Source: an uncultured Planctomycetota bacterium (GTDB taxonomy: Bacteria > Planctomycetota > PLA2 > JAEUHO01). Taken from it: a DNA stretch of 64,000 nt. The translations under genes and the position numbers were made by a program. Location: positions 896,001-960,000 of the forward strand of contig CAVVXN010000005.1 of the NCBI GenBank assembly GCA_963752285.1, read 5' to 3'. Below the pieces are notes generated by a model. That model did not search any database, was not told the DNA's origin, and was given only the letters and a program-made list of their open reading frames with translations. Below are positions 28,768 through 37,641 of the stretch, in pieces. Positions within the stretch are counted from its first letter, which is position 1. Every line of letters begins with the position of its first letter.

Positions 28768-30306
28768 TCAGGACTCGAGCTGGAAGAAGCGGCGGATCAG
28801 GAAGATCAGCTTCTGCGTCCGGTCCTCCACGCGCTCGCGCGTGGCCGAGTCGAGCATCGTGCGGGCCTCCTGGAGGCCCTCGCGGCGCAGCGCGGCGGCC
28901 TCGGCGAGGCGCGTGGCGAGCTCGGGCGATCCCTGGAGCGCCTCGCGGATCGAGTCCGCGCCCATGCGGATCAGACGCGCGTCGGCCATCGTGCGGACGG
29001 TCGCGCTGCGCGGCTCTCCCGTGAGGAGGCTCATCTCCCCGAAGATGTCGCCCGCCCGGAGCGTGGCGACGCGCTTCTCGCTCTCGCCGTCCTCGATGAA
29101 CACCTCGGCGATGCCCGTGTCGATCAGGTAGCACGAGTCCCCGACGTCGCCCTGCACGACGACCCGCTCGTGCGTCCCGTACGTCTCGAGCGTCGCACCG
29201 TGCGAGAGCCCGTCGAGGAGAGGTTCGGGTAGGGAGCGGAAGAAGGGCACCGACTGCAACCTCTCGCGCACGACGCGCACCTGCTGCTCGCTGCTCGGCG
29301 TCTCGGGGGCGGCGAGCTGGCGCACCTCGCGGACGGGATACGGGAACGAGATCCCGGCGCGCGCGAATTGGTACCAGACGGATACGTTCACCTCGGAGCG
29401 GATGTCGGGGACCCGGTAGGGGTCGGTCACCCAGATCTTCACCTCGTAGTCGATCGACGACTCGCCGTACTGCCAGAGGCGGACCAGCGGCGTGGGTGTC
29501 GGCGCCACGTCCCGCACGTCGCGGAGCGCCGCGCGAAGGACCCGTCGCACGCGGTTCGGGGGCACGTCGTAGGGCGCCGAGACGTGAAGCAGCTCGGCGT
29601 GCTCGCGCGTCGGGCGCGAGAGGTTGCGGATGCGCGCCTGGCTGATCGTGCGGTTCGGGACGATGACCAAGTCGCCGGGGCGCGACCGGAGCTTCGTCGT
29701 GCGCCGGGTGATCTCCACCACCTCTCCCTCGTCCCCCTCGACCTGGATCCAGTCGCCGATCGCGTACATCCCCTCGGTGACGATCGAGATGCCCGCGAAG
29801 AAGTTCTGGAGGGTCTCCTGCAGGGCGAGACCGATGATCACGGTCCCGACGGCCGAGGCCGTGAGCAGGCCCGTGAAGGCGCCCGCCTGCGCCCAGACCA
29901 CCCCCACCACGACGAACAGCGCCAGGACCCACACCACCCAGCGGCCGGCGTCGAGCAGCAGGACGGGGATCCGGAGCCCGAGCTCCTCCGTCGCGACCTG
30001 CGACGAGAGGAACGCGCGCACGAGCGCGTACGCCGCCGTCGCGCCGACGAAGAAGAGGATGCTCCACCCGACGTTCGCGGGGATGTACGAGCCCATCGCT
30101 CCGCTCGGCTCGACGCCGAACGCGAAGGGACCGCCCGAGAAGCCCGATCCGAGGATCAGCCCGACCGCGGGACCGAAGAGGAGCAACGGCGCCGCGACCG
30201 CGCGCCACCACCGCGCACGACGGCGCACGAGGGCCCGCAGGAACAGGACGCCGAGGACGGCGCCGGCGACCCCGAACAACGCGCCGACGAGCCAACCGAG
30301 GTTCAT
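28768..30306 (-). CDS. Small-conductance mechanosensitive channel with C-terminal cNMP-binding domain
   Basis: IIGLALQETLQNFFAG, IGDWIQV, VIVPN; QGDVGDSCYLI..G...GDIFGEMSLLTGEPRSATV. Confidence 0.92.
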   Translation of the reverse strand: MNLGWLVGALFGVAGAVLGVLFLRALVRRRARWWRAVAAPLLLFGPAVGLILGSGFSGGPFAFGVEPSGAMGSYIPANVGWSILFFVGATAAYALVRAFLSSQVATEELGLRIPVLLLDAGRWVVWVLALFVVVGVVWAQAGAFTGLLTASAVGTVIIGLALQETLQNFFAGISIVTEGMYAIGDWIQVEGDEGEVVEITRRTTKLRSRPGDLVIVPNRTISQARIRNLSRPTREHAELLHVSAPYDVPPNRVRRVLRAALRDVRDVAPTPTPLVRLWQYGESSIDYEVKIWVTDPYRVPDIRSEVNVSVWYQFARAGISFPYPVREVRQLAAPETPSSEQQVRVVRERLQSVPFFRSLPEPLLDGLSHGATLETYGTHERVVVQGDVGDSCYLIDTGIAEVFIEDGESEKRVATLRAGDIFGEMSLLTGEPRSATVRTMADARLIRMGADSIREALQGSPELATRLAEAAALRREGLQEARTMLDSATRERVEDRTQKLIFLIRRFFQLES

Positions 30307-30573
30307 GTTCCGGACTCCGCTCCCGAGACGTGAGCCCCGGACCGGGGAGGGTACCGCCCGCGGACCCGGGGGTGAGGTTCGAGCGAGAGGACCGCGCGGT
30401 CCGGGTCGGAGGCGGCGCGCCGCCGACCGGAGGGCGCGCCGGGCGCGCACGGGCCGAGGCCCTCGCTTCGGGCGCGCGGCGGCGGGTCCCGGTGCGCGGC
30501 GCAATCCCCGCCCGGGCCACCCGGAAGGCGTACGATCGGGCCTTCGAACTCCTCCCCCGTCCCGAGAACCTCG

Positions 30574-33144
30574 ATGCCCAAGCGCACCTTCGTCTTCCTC
30601 GCGGCCGCCCTCGTGCTCGCCCTCCTCCCGGCCGCCCCGTCCCGGGGCGACGACATCGACGAGGCCTCCGCGGGTCACGCCGTCACCACGCTCCTCGACA
30701 AGGCGACGGCGACCGACCCCCGCGACGTCTGGACCCTCGGCGAGGCCCTCGCCGAGAACGGGAAGCCCGCGATCCGGCCCCTCAAGGACGCCGCCAAGGA
30801 CGCGGCACCGGCCCCGCGCCTCGCGATCGCCCGGGCGCTGATCCTCCTGAAGGACGTGACCGCCGGACTCGAGATGGCGAAGGGCGTCGTGGCCGACGAC
30901 GCGGCGTCCGCGGACCTCAAGGTCGCGGCCCTCGGCCTGATCGGCCAGGAGGGCGAGCTCGAAGAGTCCGAGTGGCTCCTCGACACGATCGACACGACGC
31001 TCGAGCCCCACGTCAAGATGGCCATGGCGAAGGCGCTCTGGACGCTCAACGCCGGCACCGAGGCGAAGGAGAAGGGGAAGCAGGTCCTCCTCGCCTACCT
31101 CAAGAGCACCGACGCCGACCTGAGAGCCGACGGGGCCCTGGCCCTCGGCGAGATCGGCGCCGCCGCGGAGGCCCGCCCGACGCTCATCGAGCTGAGGGAA
31201 GAGCCCACCGAGCGGGGCCGGAGCGCGGCCTTCCTGCTCCGGGTCCTCGCGCTGCAGGAGGCCCGGGACCACGACCTCTCGACGCCGCCCCCCGCCACCG
31301 AGCCGCCCGATCCCGACCTCGCGCCCGGTGCGCCGCGGCGCTGGCCGCTGCTCGACGAGATCTACGACGCGCTCAACCAGGCGTACGTGGACGCGGACAA
31401 GGTCGAGCGGAAGAAGATCGAAGACGCGATGGCCGCCGGCATCACGGCCGCGCTGGACCCCTTCACGAGCTACCTCCCGCCGAGCGAGAACGCGAAGCTC
31501 GTCGAGGGCCTCGACCCCACGTACGGCGGCGTCGGCGCGTACGTCTACAACGACCCCAAGAACCAGGAGCGCTTCACGATCAGCCGCCCGATCTTCGGGG
31601 GCCCGATCTACCGCGCGGGGCTACGCACGGGCGACGTCGTCATGACGATCTCCGGCCAGACGACGGAGGCCATGTCCGTCGAGGACGCGGTCCGACTCCT
31701 CAAGGGCCCGCCCGGAACGGACGTCACGATCACCGTGTACCGCCGTGGCTGGGACGAGCCCCAGCCGTACACGCTGAAGCGCGCGCGGATCACGATTCCG
31801 ACGACGGCCTGGGACGTGCTGCCGGGCCAGATCGGGTTCCTCCAGATCCTCGCCTTCTCGCAGGACACGGGCCGCGAGGTCGCCAAGATCATGGACCGCT
31901 TCCAGCAGGAGGACGTGAAGGGGATCGTGCTCGACCTCCGCTACAACGGCGGCGGGCTGCTCCAGACGGCGGTGGAGATCGCGAGCCAGTTCCTGCCCCG
32001 CGGCGCCCTCATCGTGAGCGAGAAGGGGCGGCCCGGCGTGTACCGCGAGCAGAAGCAGTTCTCCACCGGCGCCGGAGACGACCGCCCCCAGCTCCCGATG
32101 GTCGTGCTCGTGAACGAGGGGACGGCCAGCGCGGCCGAGATCCTCTCCGGCGCGCTCAAGGTGCACGGCCGCGCGCGGCTCGTCGGACACATGACCTACG
32201 GGAAGGGCTCGGTGCAGCACCCCCTCGACCTGGCCCAGCGTCCGGGCGAGAAATACGAGGACCAGCCCCGTGACCGCCCCGTCAGCTACACGGACCTCAA
32301 CCACAACGGGCAGCTCGACCCCGGCGAACCGGTGCGGACCGAGCTCGGCGGACCGAACGGGCGCTACGACCCGCCCGAGAAGTTCGAGGACCTGAACGGG
32401 AACGCGCGGTACGACCCCGGCGAGCCGTTCACCGACGAGAACCTGAACGGCAAGTGGGACGACGGCGAGCCGTTCCAGGACGACAACCACAACGGCATCC
32501 GCGATCCCGGCGCCAGCCTGAAGCTCACCGTCGCCGCCTGGTACCTGCCCGACGGGCAGCGTCTCCAACGCAAGACCGAGGTGAAGGACGGGAAGCCGGT
32601 CGTCACGGGCGGCATCGAGCCGAACGTCGATGCGGCGCCGGACAAGGTCGATCTCTGGGAGCTGCAGGCGCAGCGCGAGATCGAGTCGGGCACGAAGGTA
32701 GACGACTACGTGAGCCGGCTCTACAAGGAGCACCGCGACCTCGCGGAACGTTTCGCCCGCTCGGACGAGCGGGACCCGAGCCTCTACCCCGGGTTCGACG
32801 AGCTCATGAAGAGCCTCGACACCCACCTCGACCGGGACGCCGTGCGCTATCTGGTCCGCTGGGACCTCAGGCGGCGGATCGGCGACGAGGAGGGCCGCGA
32901 GCTGGTCGGCGACGTCGTGGACGACGCCGAGCTCCAGGCCGGCCTGCGCGACCTCCTCAAGACGATGGGTCGGGACCTCGCGTCCGTCGAGGGCCTCGCG
33001 TTCCTCGCGAAGGAGAAGCCCCCGGAGGCGAAGGACGACGGAAAGAAGATCGCCGCCGGCGACGGCGACGCGCCGCATCGTGAGGGCCCCGGGCCCACCC
33101 CGAAGAACGACGGGACCTCGGACGGGCCGGTGCCCACGCGCTAG
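30574..33144 (+). CDS. S41A C-terminal processing protease with N-terminal HEAT-like repeats, PDZ and a DxNxNG repeat insertion
   Basis: Signal peptide; LDPFTSYL, GGVG, AGLRTGD, LDLRYNGGG, TASAAEI, TYGKGSVQ, LKLTVAAWYLP. Confidence 0.9.
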   Translation: MPKRTFVFLAAALVLALLPAAPSRGDDIDEASAGHAVTTLLDKATATDPRDVWTLGEALAENGKPAIRPLKDAAKDAAPAPRLAIARALILLKDVTAGLEMAKGVVADDAASADLKVAALGLIGQEGELEESEWLLDTIDTTLEPHVKMAMAKALWTLNAGTEAKEKGKQVLLAYLKSTDADLRADGALALGEIGAAAEARPTLIELREEPTERGRSAAFLLRVLALQEARDHDLSTPPPATEPPDPDLAPGAPRRWPLLDEIYDALNQAYVDADKVERKKIEDAMAAGITAALDPFTSYLPPSENAKLVEGLDPTYGGVGAYVYNDPKNQERFTISRPIFGGPIYRAGLRTGDVVMTISGQTTEAMSVEDAVRLLKGPPGTDVTITVYRRGWDEPQPYTLKRARITIPTTAWDVLPGQIGFLQILAFSQDTGREVAKIMDRFQQEDVKGIVLDLRYNGGGLLQTAVEIASQFLPRGALIVSEKGRPGVYREQKQFSTGAGDDRPQLPMVVLVNEGTASAAEILSGALKVHGRARLVGHMTYGKGSVQHPLDLAQRPGEKYEDQPRDRPVSYTDLNHNGQLDPGEPVRTELGGPNGRYDPPEKFEDLNGNARYDPGEPFTDENLNGKWDDGEPFQDDNHNGIRDPGASLKLTVAAWYLPDGQRLQRKTEVKDGKPVVTGGIEPNVDAAPDKVDLWELQAQREIESGTKVDDYVSRLYKEHRDLAERFARSDERDPSLYPGFDELMKSLDTHLDRDAVRYLVRWDLRRRIGDEEGRELVGDVVDDAELQAGLRDLLKTMGRDLASVEGLAFLAKEKPPEAKDDGKKIAAGDGDAPHREGPGPTPKNDGTSDGPVPTR

Positions 33145-33174
33145 CGGAGGCGACACCCGACCCCCAGGCCCCGC

Positions 33175-33942
33175 GTGCCGACGCGCCCCGTCCCGACGCT
33201 CCGGTTTCCCCACCTCGGGGCGGTGCCGGGGCTCCGGCACGCGCTCACCACCCGCGAGGGCGGCGCGAGCCGAGGCCCCTACCGGTCGCTGAACGTCGGG
33301 CTCGGGAGCGGGGACGACCCCGAGCACGTGCGGGAGAACCGGCGCCGCGTGGCGCGCGCGCTGGGGCTCCCCGTCCCGGTTTTCGCGAACCAGGTGCACG
33401 GCGCGGAGGTGCGCGAGGTCGTCCGCGCCGGCGACGATCCCGGTTCGTGCGACGTGCTCCTCCTCGGCGCGCGAGGCGTCCTCGCGGGGGTTCTCGCCGC
33501 GGACTGTCCGCTCGTCCTCCTCGTCGATCCGGTGAACCGCGGGCTCGCCCTCGTGCACTCGGGCTGGCGCGGCACCGCGAAGGGCGCGGTCCACGCGGCC
33601 GTGGACGCGCTCCGGTGGCGATTCGGCTCGCGACCCGGAGCGCTCCTAGCGGGCGTCGGTCCCTCGATCGGGGCCGCGCGCTACGAGGTCGGTCCGGAGG
33701 TGACCGACGCGCTCGCCGCCGCGCTCCCGCCGGACGCGAACGCGGTCTCGATCGACGCTTCGGGCCGGCGAACGGTGGACCTCCGTCGTGCGGTGCTCGC
33801 GCAGCTCGCCGAGGCCGGCGTGCCCGCGGCGGCGCGGGAGGTCCTCGGCACCTCGACCTGGGACGAGCCGGACCTCTGGTTCAGCCACCGCCGCGACGGG
33901 CCACGGACGGGACGACACGCGCTCGTCGCGGGTTGGGCGTGA
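33175..33942 (+). CDS. pgeF: YfiH/PgeF family (purine nucleoside phosphorylase-like)
   Basis: TTREGG.S..PY.SLN, QVHG, ADCP, HSGWRG, GPSIG, FSHRR. Confidence 0.9.
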   Translation: MPTRPVPTLRFPHLGAVPGLRHALTTREGGASRGPYRSLNVGLGSGDDPEHVRENRRRVARALGLPVPVFANQVHGAEVREVVRAGDDPGSCDVLLLGARGVLAGVLAADCPLVLLVDPVNRGLALVHSGWRGTAKGAVHAAVDALRWRFGSRPGALLAGVGPSIGAARYEVGPEVTDALAAALPPDANAVSIDASGRRTVDLRRAVLAQLAEAGVPAAAREVLGTSTWDEPDLWFSHRRDGPRTGRHALVAGWA

Positions 33943-33972
33943 GGGACCGCGCCACGTGACGCGGGCACCGCT

Positions 33973-34353
33973 TCAGATCGGCGTGCTCTGCAGCGCGTCG
34001 GCGAAGGCCAGGTCGAAGACCTCTTCGAAGTCGTAGAGGTTCCAGAAGTCCTCGCGCCGGTCGTTCGCCGTCTTCTGCAGCAGGTCGGCGGTGATCAGGT
34101 TGAACACGATCTCGCCGAAGTCGTCCGTTCGGTGGACGCCCCAGTGGGCCAGCACGCTCCGCGCGAGGTAGCCGAACTGCGAGAGCGCGAGCTCGCGGAC
34201 GCTGTCCATGATCTCGCCGCCGGTGACGTGACGCGCGCCGCCCCCGCGCCGGCGGAGCGTGTGGTCGAGCGCCTCGAAGACGAAGTCGTACGCCTCGGCG
34301 CGAAACCTGGGGTCGCGCTCGACGATTCCGACGATGACCCGATCTTTGTCCAT
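33973..34353 (-). CDS. PVC-restricted TIGR04138 (Minf_1886)-like protein
   Basis: DPRF..EAYDFV.EAL, RHVTG.E, FG.LA..VL..WGV..TDDFGEIVFNLI. Confidence 0.8.
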   Translation of the reverse strand: MDKDRVIVGIVERDPRFRAEAYDFVFEALDHTLRRRGGGARHVTGGEIMDSVRELALSQFGYLARSVLAHWGVHRTDDFGEIVFNLITADLLQKTANDRREDFWNLYDFEEVFDLAFADALQSTPI

Positions 34354-34674
34354 GCGATCACCCCGACCGGCCCGACAACGTTACCCGCCCTGGACCGCGA
34401 CGGGAAAACTCATTTCCGGGGGAGCGCGGCAGGGCGATTGTCCTCGGACACGCCCCCTATCGACCAACGGCGGCCTTCCCAGGAACCCACGTCCCGCGGC
34501 CCGCGCGCTCGACATGCGAACGGTCGCCTGACACCCGGGGTCGAGAACGGGCCGGAACGCGCCGCCGGGGCGTGCGTCTCGGAGGGGCCGCCTCCGCATC
34601 GGCCCGGAGGGCCCGCACGGCGGGCCGTTTCGTTCGTTTCGTGTTTCGAGGCGCGGAGGGCCCGCCCGCGCCCC

Positions 34675-35691
34675 TCAGGCCGACGCGGCGTGCCGCACCC
34701 GGCGAATCGTCTCGATCACGACCACGGCGGGCGTCACGTTCTGCGCGACGGCCGCGTCGAGCCGACCGAGGTCCACGAGGAGCCGCGTCGCGTCCTCGGC
34801 GTAGACGCCCGGCGGGAGCGCGCTCGGTCGGCCGGCCGCGCGGTCGCGCGCCTCGATCGCCAGGGCGTGGAGCAGGTCCTGGAGACCGGCACGGATCTCC
34901 TGTCGGCGTTGCGTCGTTGCGGGCGCGTCCGTCCGCCGTTCGGCCGCGGACCCCGCGACCGCCGCGAGCACCTGGTCGGCGACGTCGGCCACGCCGGCCT
35001 CGCCCCGCGCGGCGCACAGGACGCGGTCCACGATCTCGGTCGCGCCGGCGTCGGCGAGACGGCGCGCACGCGCGAGGCTGCCCCCGCCCCACCGAGCGAG
35101 CCGCCGCGCCGCCTCCTCGTCCCGGCCCTCCGCGACCAGGCGTTTTGCGATCGACTGCTCGGGAAGCGGTGGAAGCGAGATGCGACGCACGCGCGACAGC
35201 ACGGTCGCGGGAAGTCGATCGGGGCGCGTGGACACGAGGAGGAACACCGTGCCGGCGGGCGGCTCCTCGAGGATCTTCAGGTACCGCGCGATGCCTTCGG
35301 GCTCCATCGCCTCGGCCGGGTCGATCACGAACACCTGGTAGCGGCCCTCGACGGGGGTCCGGTACGCCTCCTCGAGCGTCGCCGAGAGGGCTTCCACCGA
35401 GATCACCGTCGCCTTGTCCTTCTCGAGGACGTGGAGATCGCCGTGCGCGCCGGCCGCGACCCGGCGCGCGACGCGCGCGGCGTGCTCTTCGTCGCGACCG
35501 AGCGCGAGCAGCGCGCTCGCGAAGCGGAGCGCCGCGTCGCGGGCGTCCGCTCCGTCCACGCCCTCGACGAGGTACGACGGCGAGATGCGCCCGGCGTCGA
35601 GCGCGCGCCTGAGGCGCACGCCGACCTCGCCGAGGGACGCGAGGTCGCCGGCCCGGGGCAGGGGCCCGCCCGAGGGGTCAGAAGAGGTCAC
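34675..35691 (-). CDS. holB: DNA polymerase III delta' subunit-like
   Basis: HGDLHVL, VISVE, VFVIDPAEAM, LKILEEPP, LPATVLSR; follows tmk. Confidence 0.85.
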   Translation of the reverse strand: MTSSDPSGGPLPRAGDLASLGEVGVRLRRALDAGRISPSYLVEGVDGADARDAALRFASALLALGRDEEHAARVARRVAAGAHGDLHVLEKDKATVISVEALSATLEEAYRTPVEGRYQVFVIDPAEAMEPEGIARYLKILEEPPAGTVFLLVSTRPDRLPATVLSRVRRISLPPLPEQSIAKRLVAEGRDEEAARRLARWGGGSLARARRLADAGATEIVDRVLCAARGEAGVADVADQVLAAVAGSAAERRTDAPATTQRRQEIRAGLQDLLHALAIEARDRAAGRPSALPPGVYAEDATRLLVDLGRLDAAVAQNVTPAVVVIETIRRVRHAASA

Positions 35692-36310
35692 GGACGGCGT
35701 CCCACACGCGGCGCTCGACCTCGGACGGATCCGCGTCCGCCTCGACTACGCGCAGCCGGTCGGGGTCGTCCGCGAAGATCGCGCGGTACGCCTGGGCCAC
35801 GCGCGCGCGGTAGCGGTCGCCGCGCAGCTCGATCCGGTCGAGCGCCCGCCCGAGGCGCGCCGCCGCGCGCTCGTCCGGGAGGTCGAGGAGCACGGCGCGG
35901 TCCGGCTCGAGCCCCTGGACGGCGACCGCGGACGTCGCCCGGACGATCTCGAGCCCGGCGCCGCCGGCCACGCCCTGGTAGGCCGACGTCGCGTAGTGCC
36001 ACCGCTCGAGGACCACGTCGAGGCCTTGGTCCAGGGCCGGGCGCAGGACCTCGGCCACGAGCTCCGCGCGGGCGGCCTGGTACAGCAAGACCTCCGTCAC
36101 GGGCGCGATCTCGCCGAGCGTCGGGTCGAGGAGGATCTCCCGGACCCGCTCGCCGACGCGGGTGCTGCCCGGCTCGCGCAGGTGGCGCACCTTCCGCCCG
36201 AGCGTCTCGAGGCGCTGGACGAGCCGCCGCGCCTGCGTGCTCTTCCCGGAGCCGTCCACGCCTTCGAGGACGAGGAACCGCGGGCGTCCGGCCACGGCGG
36301 CTCCGGTCAC
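35678..36310 (-). CDS. tmk: Thymidylate kinase
   Basis: LEGVDGSGKSTQ, REPG, LLYQAAR, AYQG. Confidence 0.93.
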   Translation of the reverse strand: MTGAAVAGRPRFLVLEGVDGSGKSTQARRLVQRLETLGRKVRHLREPGSTRVGERVREILLDPTLGEIAPVTEVLLYQAARAELVAEVLRPALDQGLDVVLERWHYATSAYQGVAGGAGLEIVRATSAVAVQGLEPDRAVLLDLPDERAAARLGRALDRIELRGDRYRARVAQAYRAIFADDPDRLRVVEADADPSEVERRVWDAVRDLF

Positions 36311-37641
36311 ATCCGGGCGAGGAGCGCGTCGATCACCTGCTCCAGCGACGGATCGCGCTCGCGCTCGGCGCGGATCTCGCGGATCGCCCGACTCGCGCTG
36401 CTGTGGCTCTTCAACCCGAACGCGAGACCCAGCTCCTTCAGCGGCAGGGCCGCGGCCCGGTACACGAGGTACATCGCGACGCGACGGGGCAACGCCGCGC
36501 TCCGCGCCTTCGTCGGCGCGTCGAGGACGCGCGGCGCGACGCCGTAGTGCCCGGCGACGGCGGCCTTCGCCCTCCGGACCACCTCCTCGCGCGCGGTCTG
36601 CGCGACGGCCGGGCCGATCTCGCCCAGCCACTCGGCCTCGAGAGGGCGACCGAGCTCGGCCGACGCCGCGCCCCACCGGTCCACGAGGGCCACCGCGCCG
36701 TGCACGGATCCCGTGCGCTGGAGGACCTGGTCTACGACGTCCTCGGCGGGAGCGCCCTGCCCGTACGCCCGTCCGCGGGCGGCGAGGATCGCGACGAGGC
36801 GCGCCCGGTCGGGCACCGCGAGGCGCAGGACGACGCCGCTCGACAGCCACGAGACGAGCGTCGAGGAGAAGCCCTCGAGGTCCCGCGGGTGGCGGGGTCC
36901 GGCGAGCACGATGCGGGTGCGCGTGCCGACCGCGCGCTCCCGGAGACGGACGAGCGCGGCCTGCGTCGCCGCCCGGCTCGCGAGGCGGCCCACGTCGTCC
37001 ACGAGGATCACGCGCCGGTGCGAGAGGTCGATCTCGAAGGCCCGTACGGCGCCGAGCTCGTGCGAGCGGACCGCGGCGGCGTAGCGCGACGTGAAGCGCC
37101 GCGCCGTCAGGTAGGCCGCGGCGCCTGGCGACTTGGCCTCGATCGCGTCCGTGACGGCCGTGAGCAGGTGGGTCTTGCCCGTTCCGGGCGCGCCGTACAG
37201 GTAGATCGCGGGCGGGTCCACGGCCCCGTGTCCGTGGACGAGCTGGGCGAGGAGGAGGGGCGCGAAGCGGTCTCCGCCGTCGGCTACGAAGGAGGAGAGG
37301 GTCGGCTTCGGGCGCCGCGACTCGAGGAGACGCTCCCACTCGACGCCGCGCGTCGGGAGGCTCTCCCTCAGCGCGCGGACCCGGCCCTGCGCCGCGCACA
37401 CCACGAGCTCGACGGCTGCGCCGTCGCCGAGCACGTGCGCCGCCGCGCGACGGAGCAGGTCGCCGTAGGTGTACTGGAGCCACGTGCGGTGCACCTCGGA
37501 CGGAACGGCGAGCGTCACGCCTCGCTCGCCGACGCCCTGGACCGCGGCGTCGCGGAACCACAACCGGTACCGCCCGCGTCCGACCTCCCGCAGGATCTCC
37601 TCCCGGAGTCCCTCCTCGATCGCCTCGAGTGCCGCGCTCAC
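36307..37641 (-). CDS. DnaA-family paralog (domains I, III and IV)
   Basis: YRLWF N-domain, YLYGAPGTGKTHLL, ILVDDV, C-terminal RRVAMYL...LKELG..FG..SHSSA. Confidence 0.8.
   Translation of the reverse strand: MSAALEAIEEGLREEILREVGRGRYRLWFRDAAVQGVGERGVTLAVPSEVHRTWLQYTYGDLLRRAAAHVLGDGAAVELVVCAAQGRVRALRESLPTRGVEWERLLESRRPKPTLSSFVADGGDRFAPLLLAQLVHGHGAVDPPAIYLYGAPGTGKTHLLTAVTDAIEAKSPGAAAYLTARRFTSRYAAAVRSHELGAVRAFEIDLSHRRVILVDDVGRLASRAATQAALVRLRERAVGTRTRIVLAGPRHPRDLEGFSSTLVSWLSSGVVLRLAVPDRARLVAILAARGRAYGQGAPAEDVVDQVLQRTGSVHGAVALVDRWGAASAELGRPLEAEWLGEIGPAVAQTAREEVVRRAKAAVAGHYGVAPRVLDAPTKARSAALPRRVAMYLVYRAAALPLKELGLAFGLKSHSSASRAIREIRAERERDPSLEQVIDALLARM

Noticed and set aside
34360..34670. Intergenic region between holB and the TIGR04138-like gene as a structured RNA
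   Set aside because: No tRNA, 6S, SRP or riboswitch consensus recognisable by eye.
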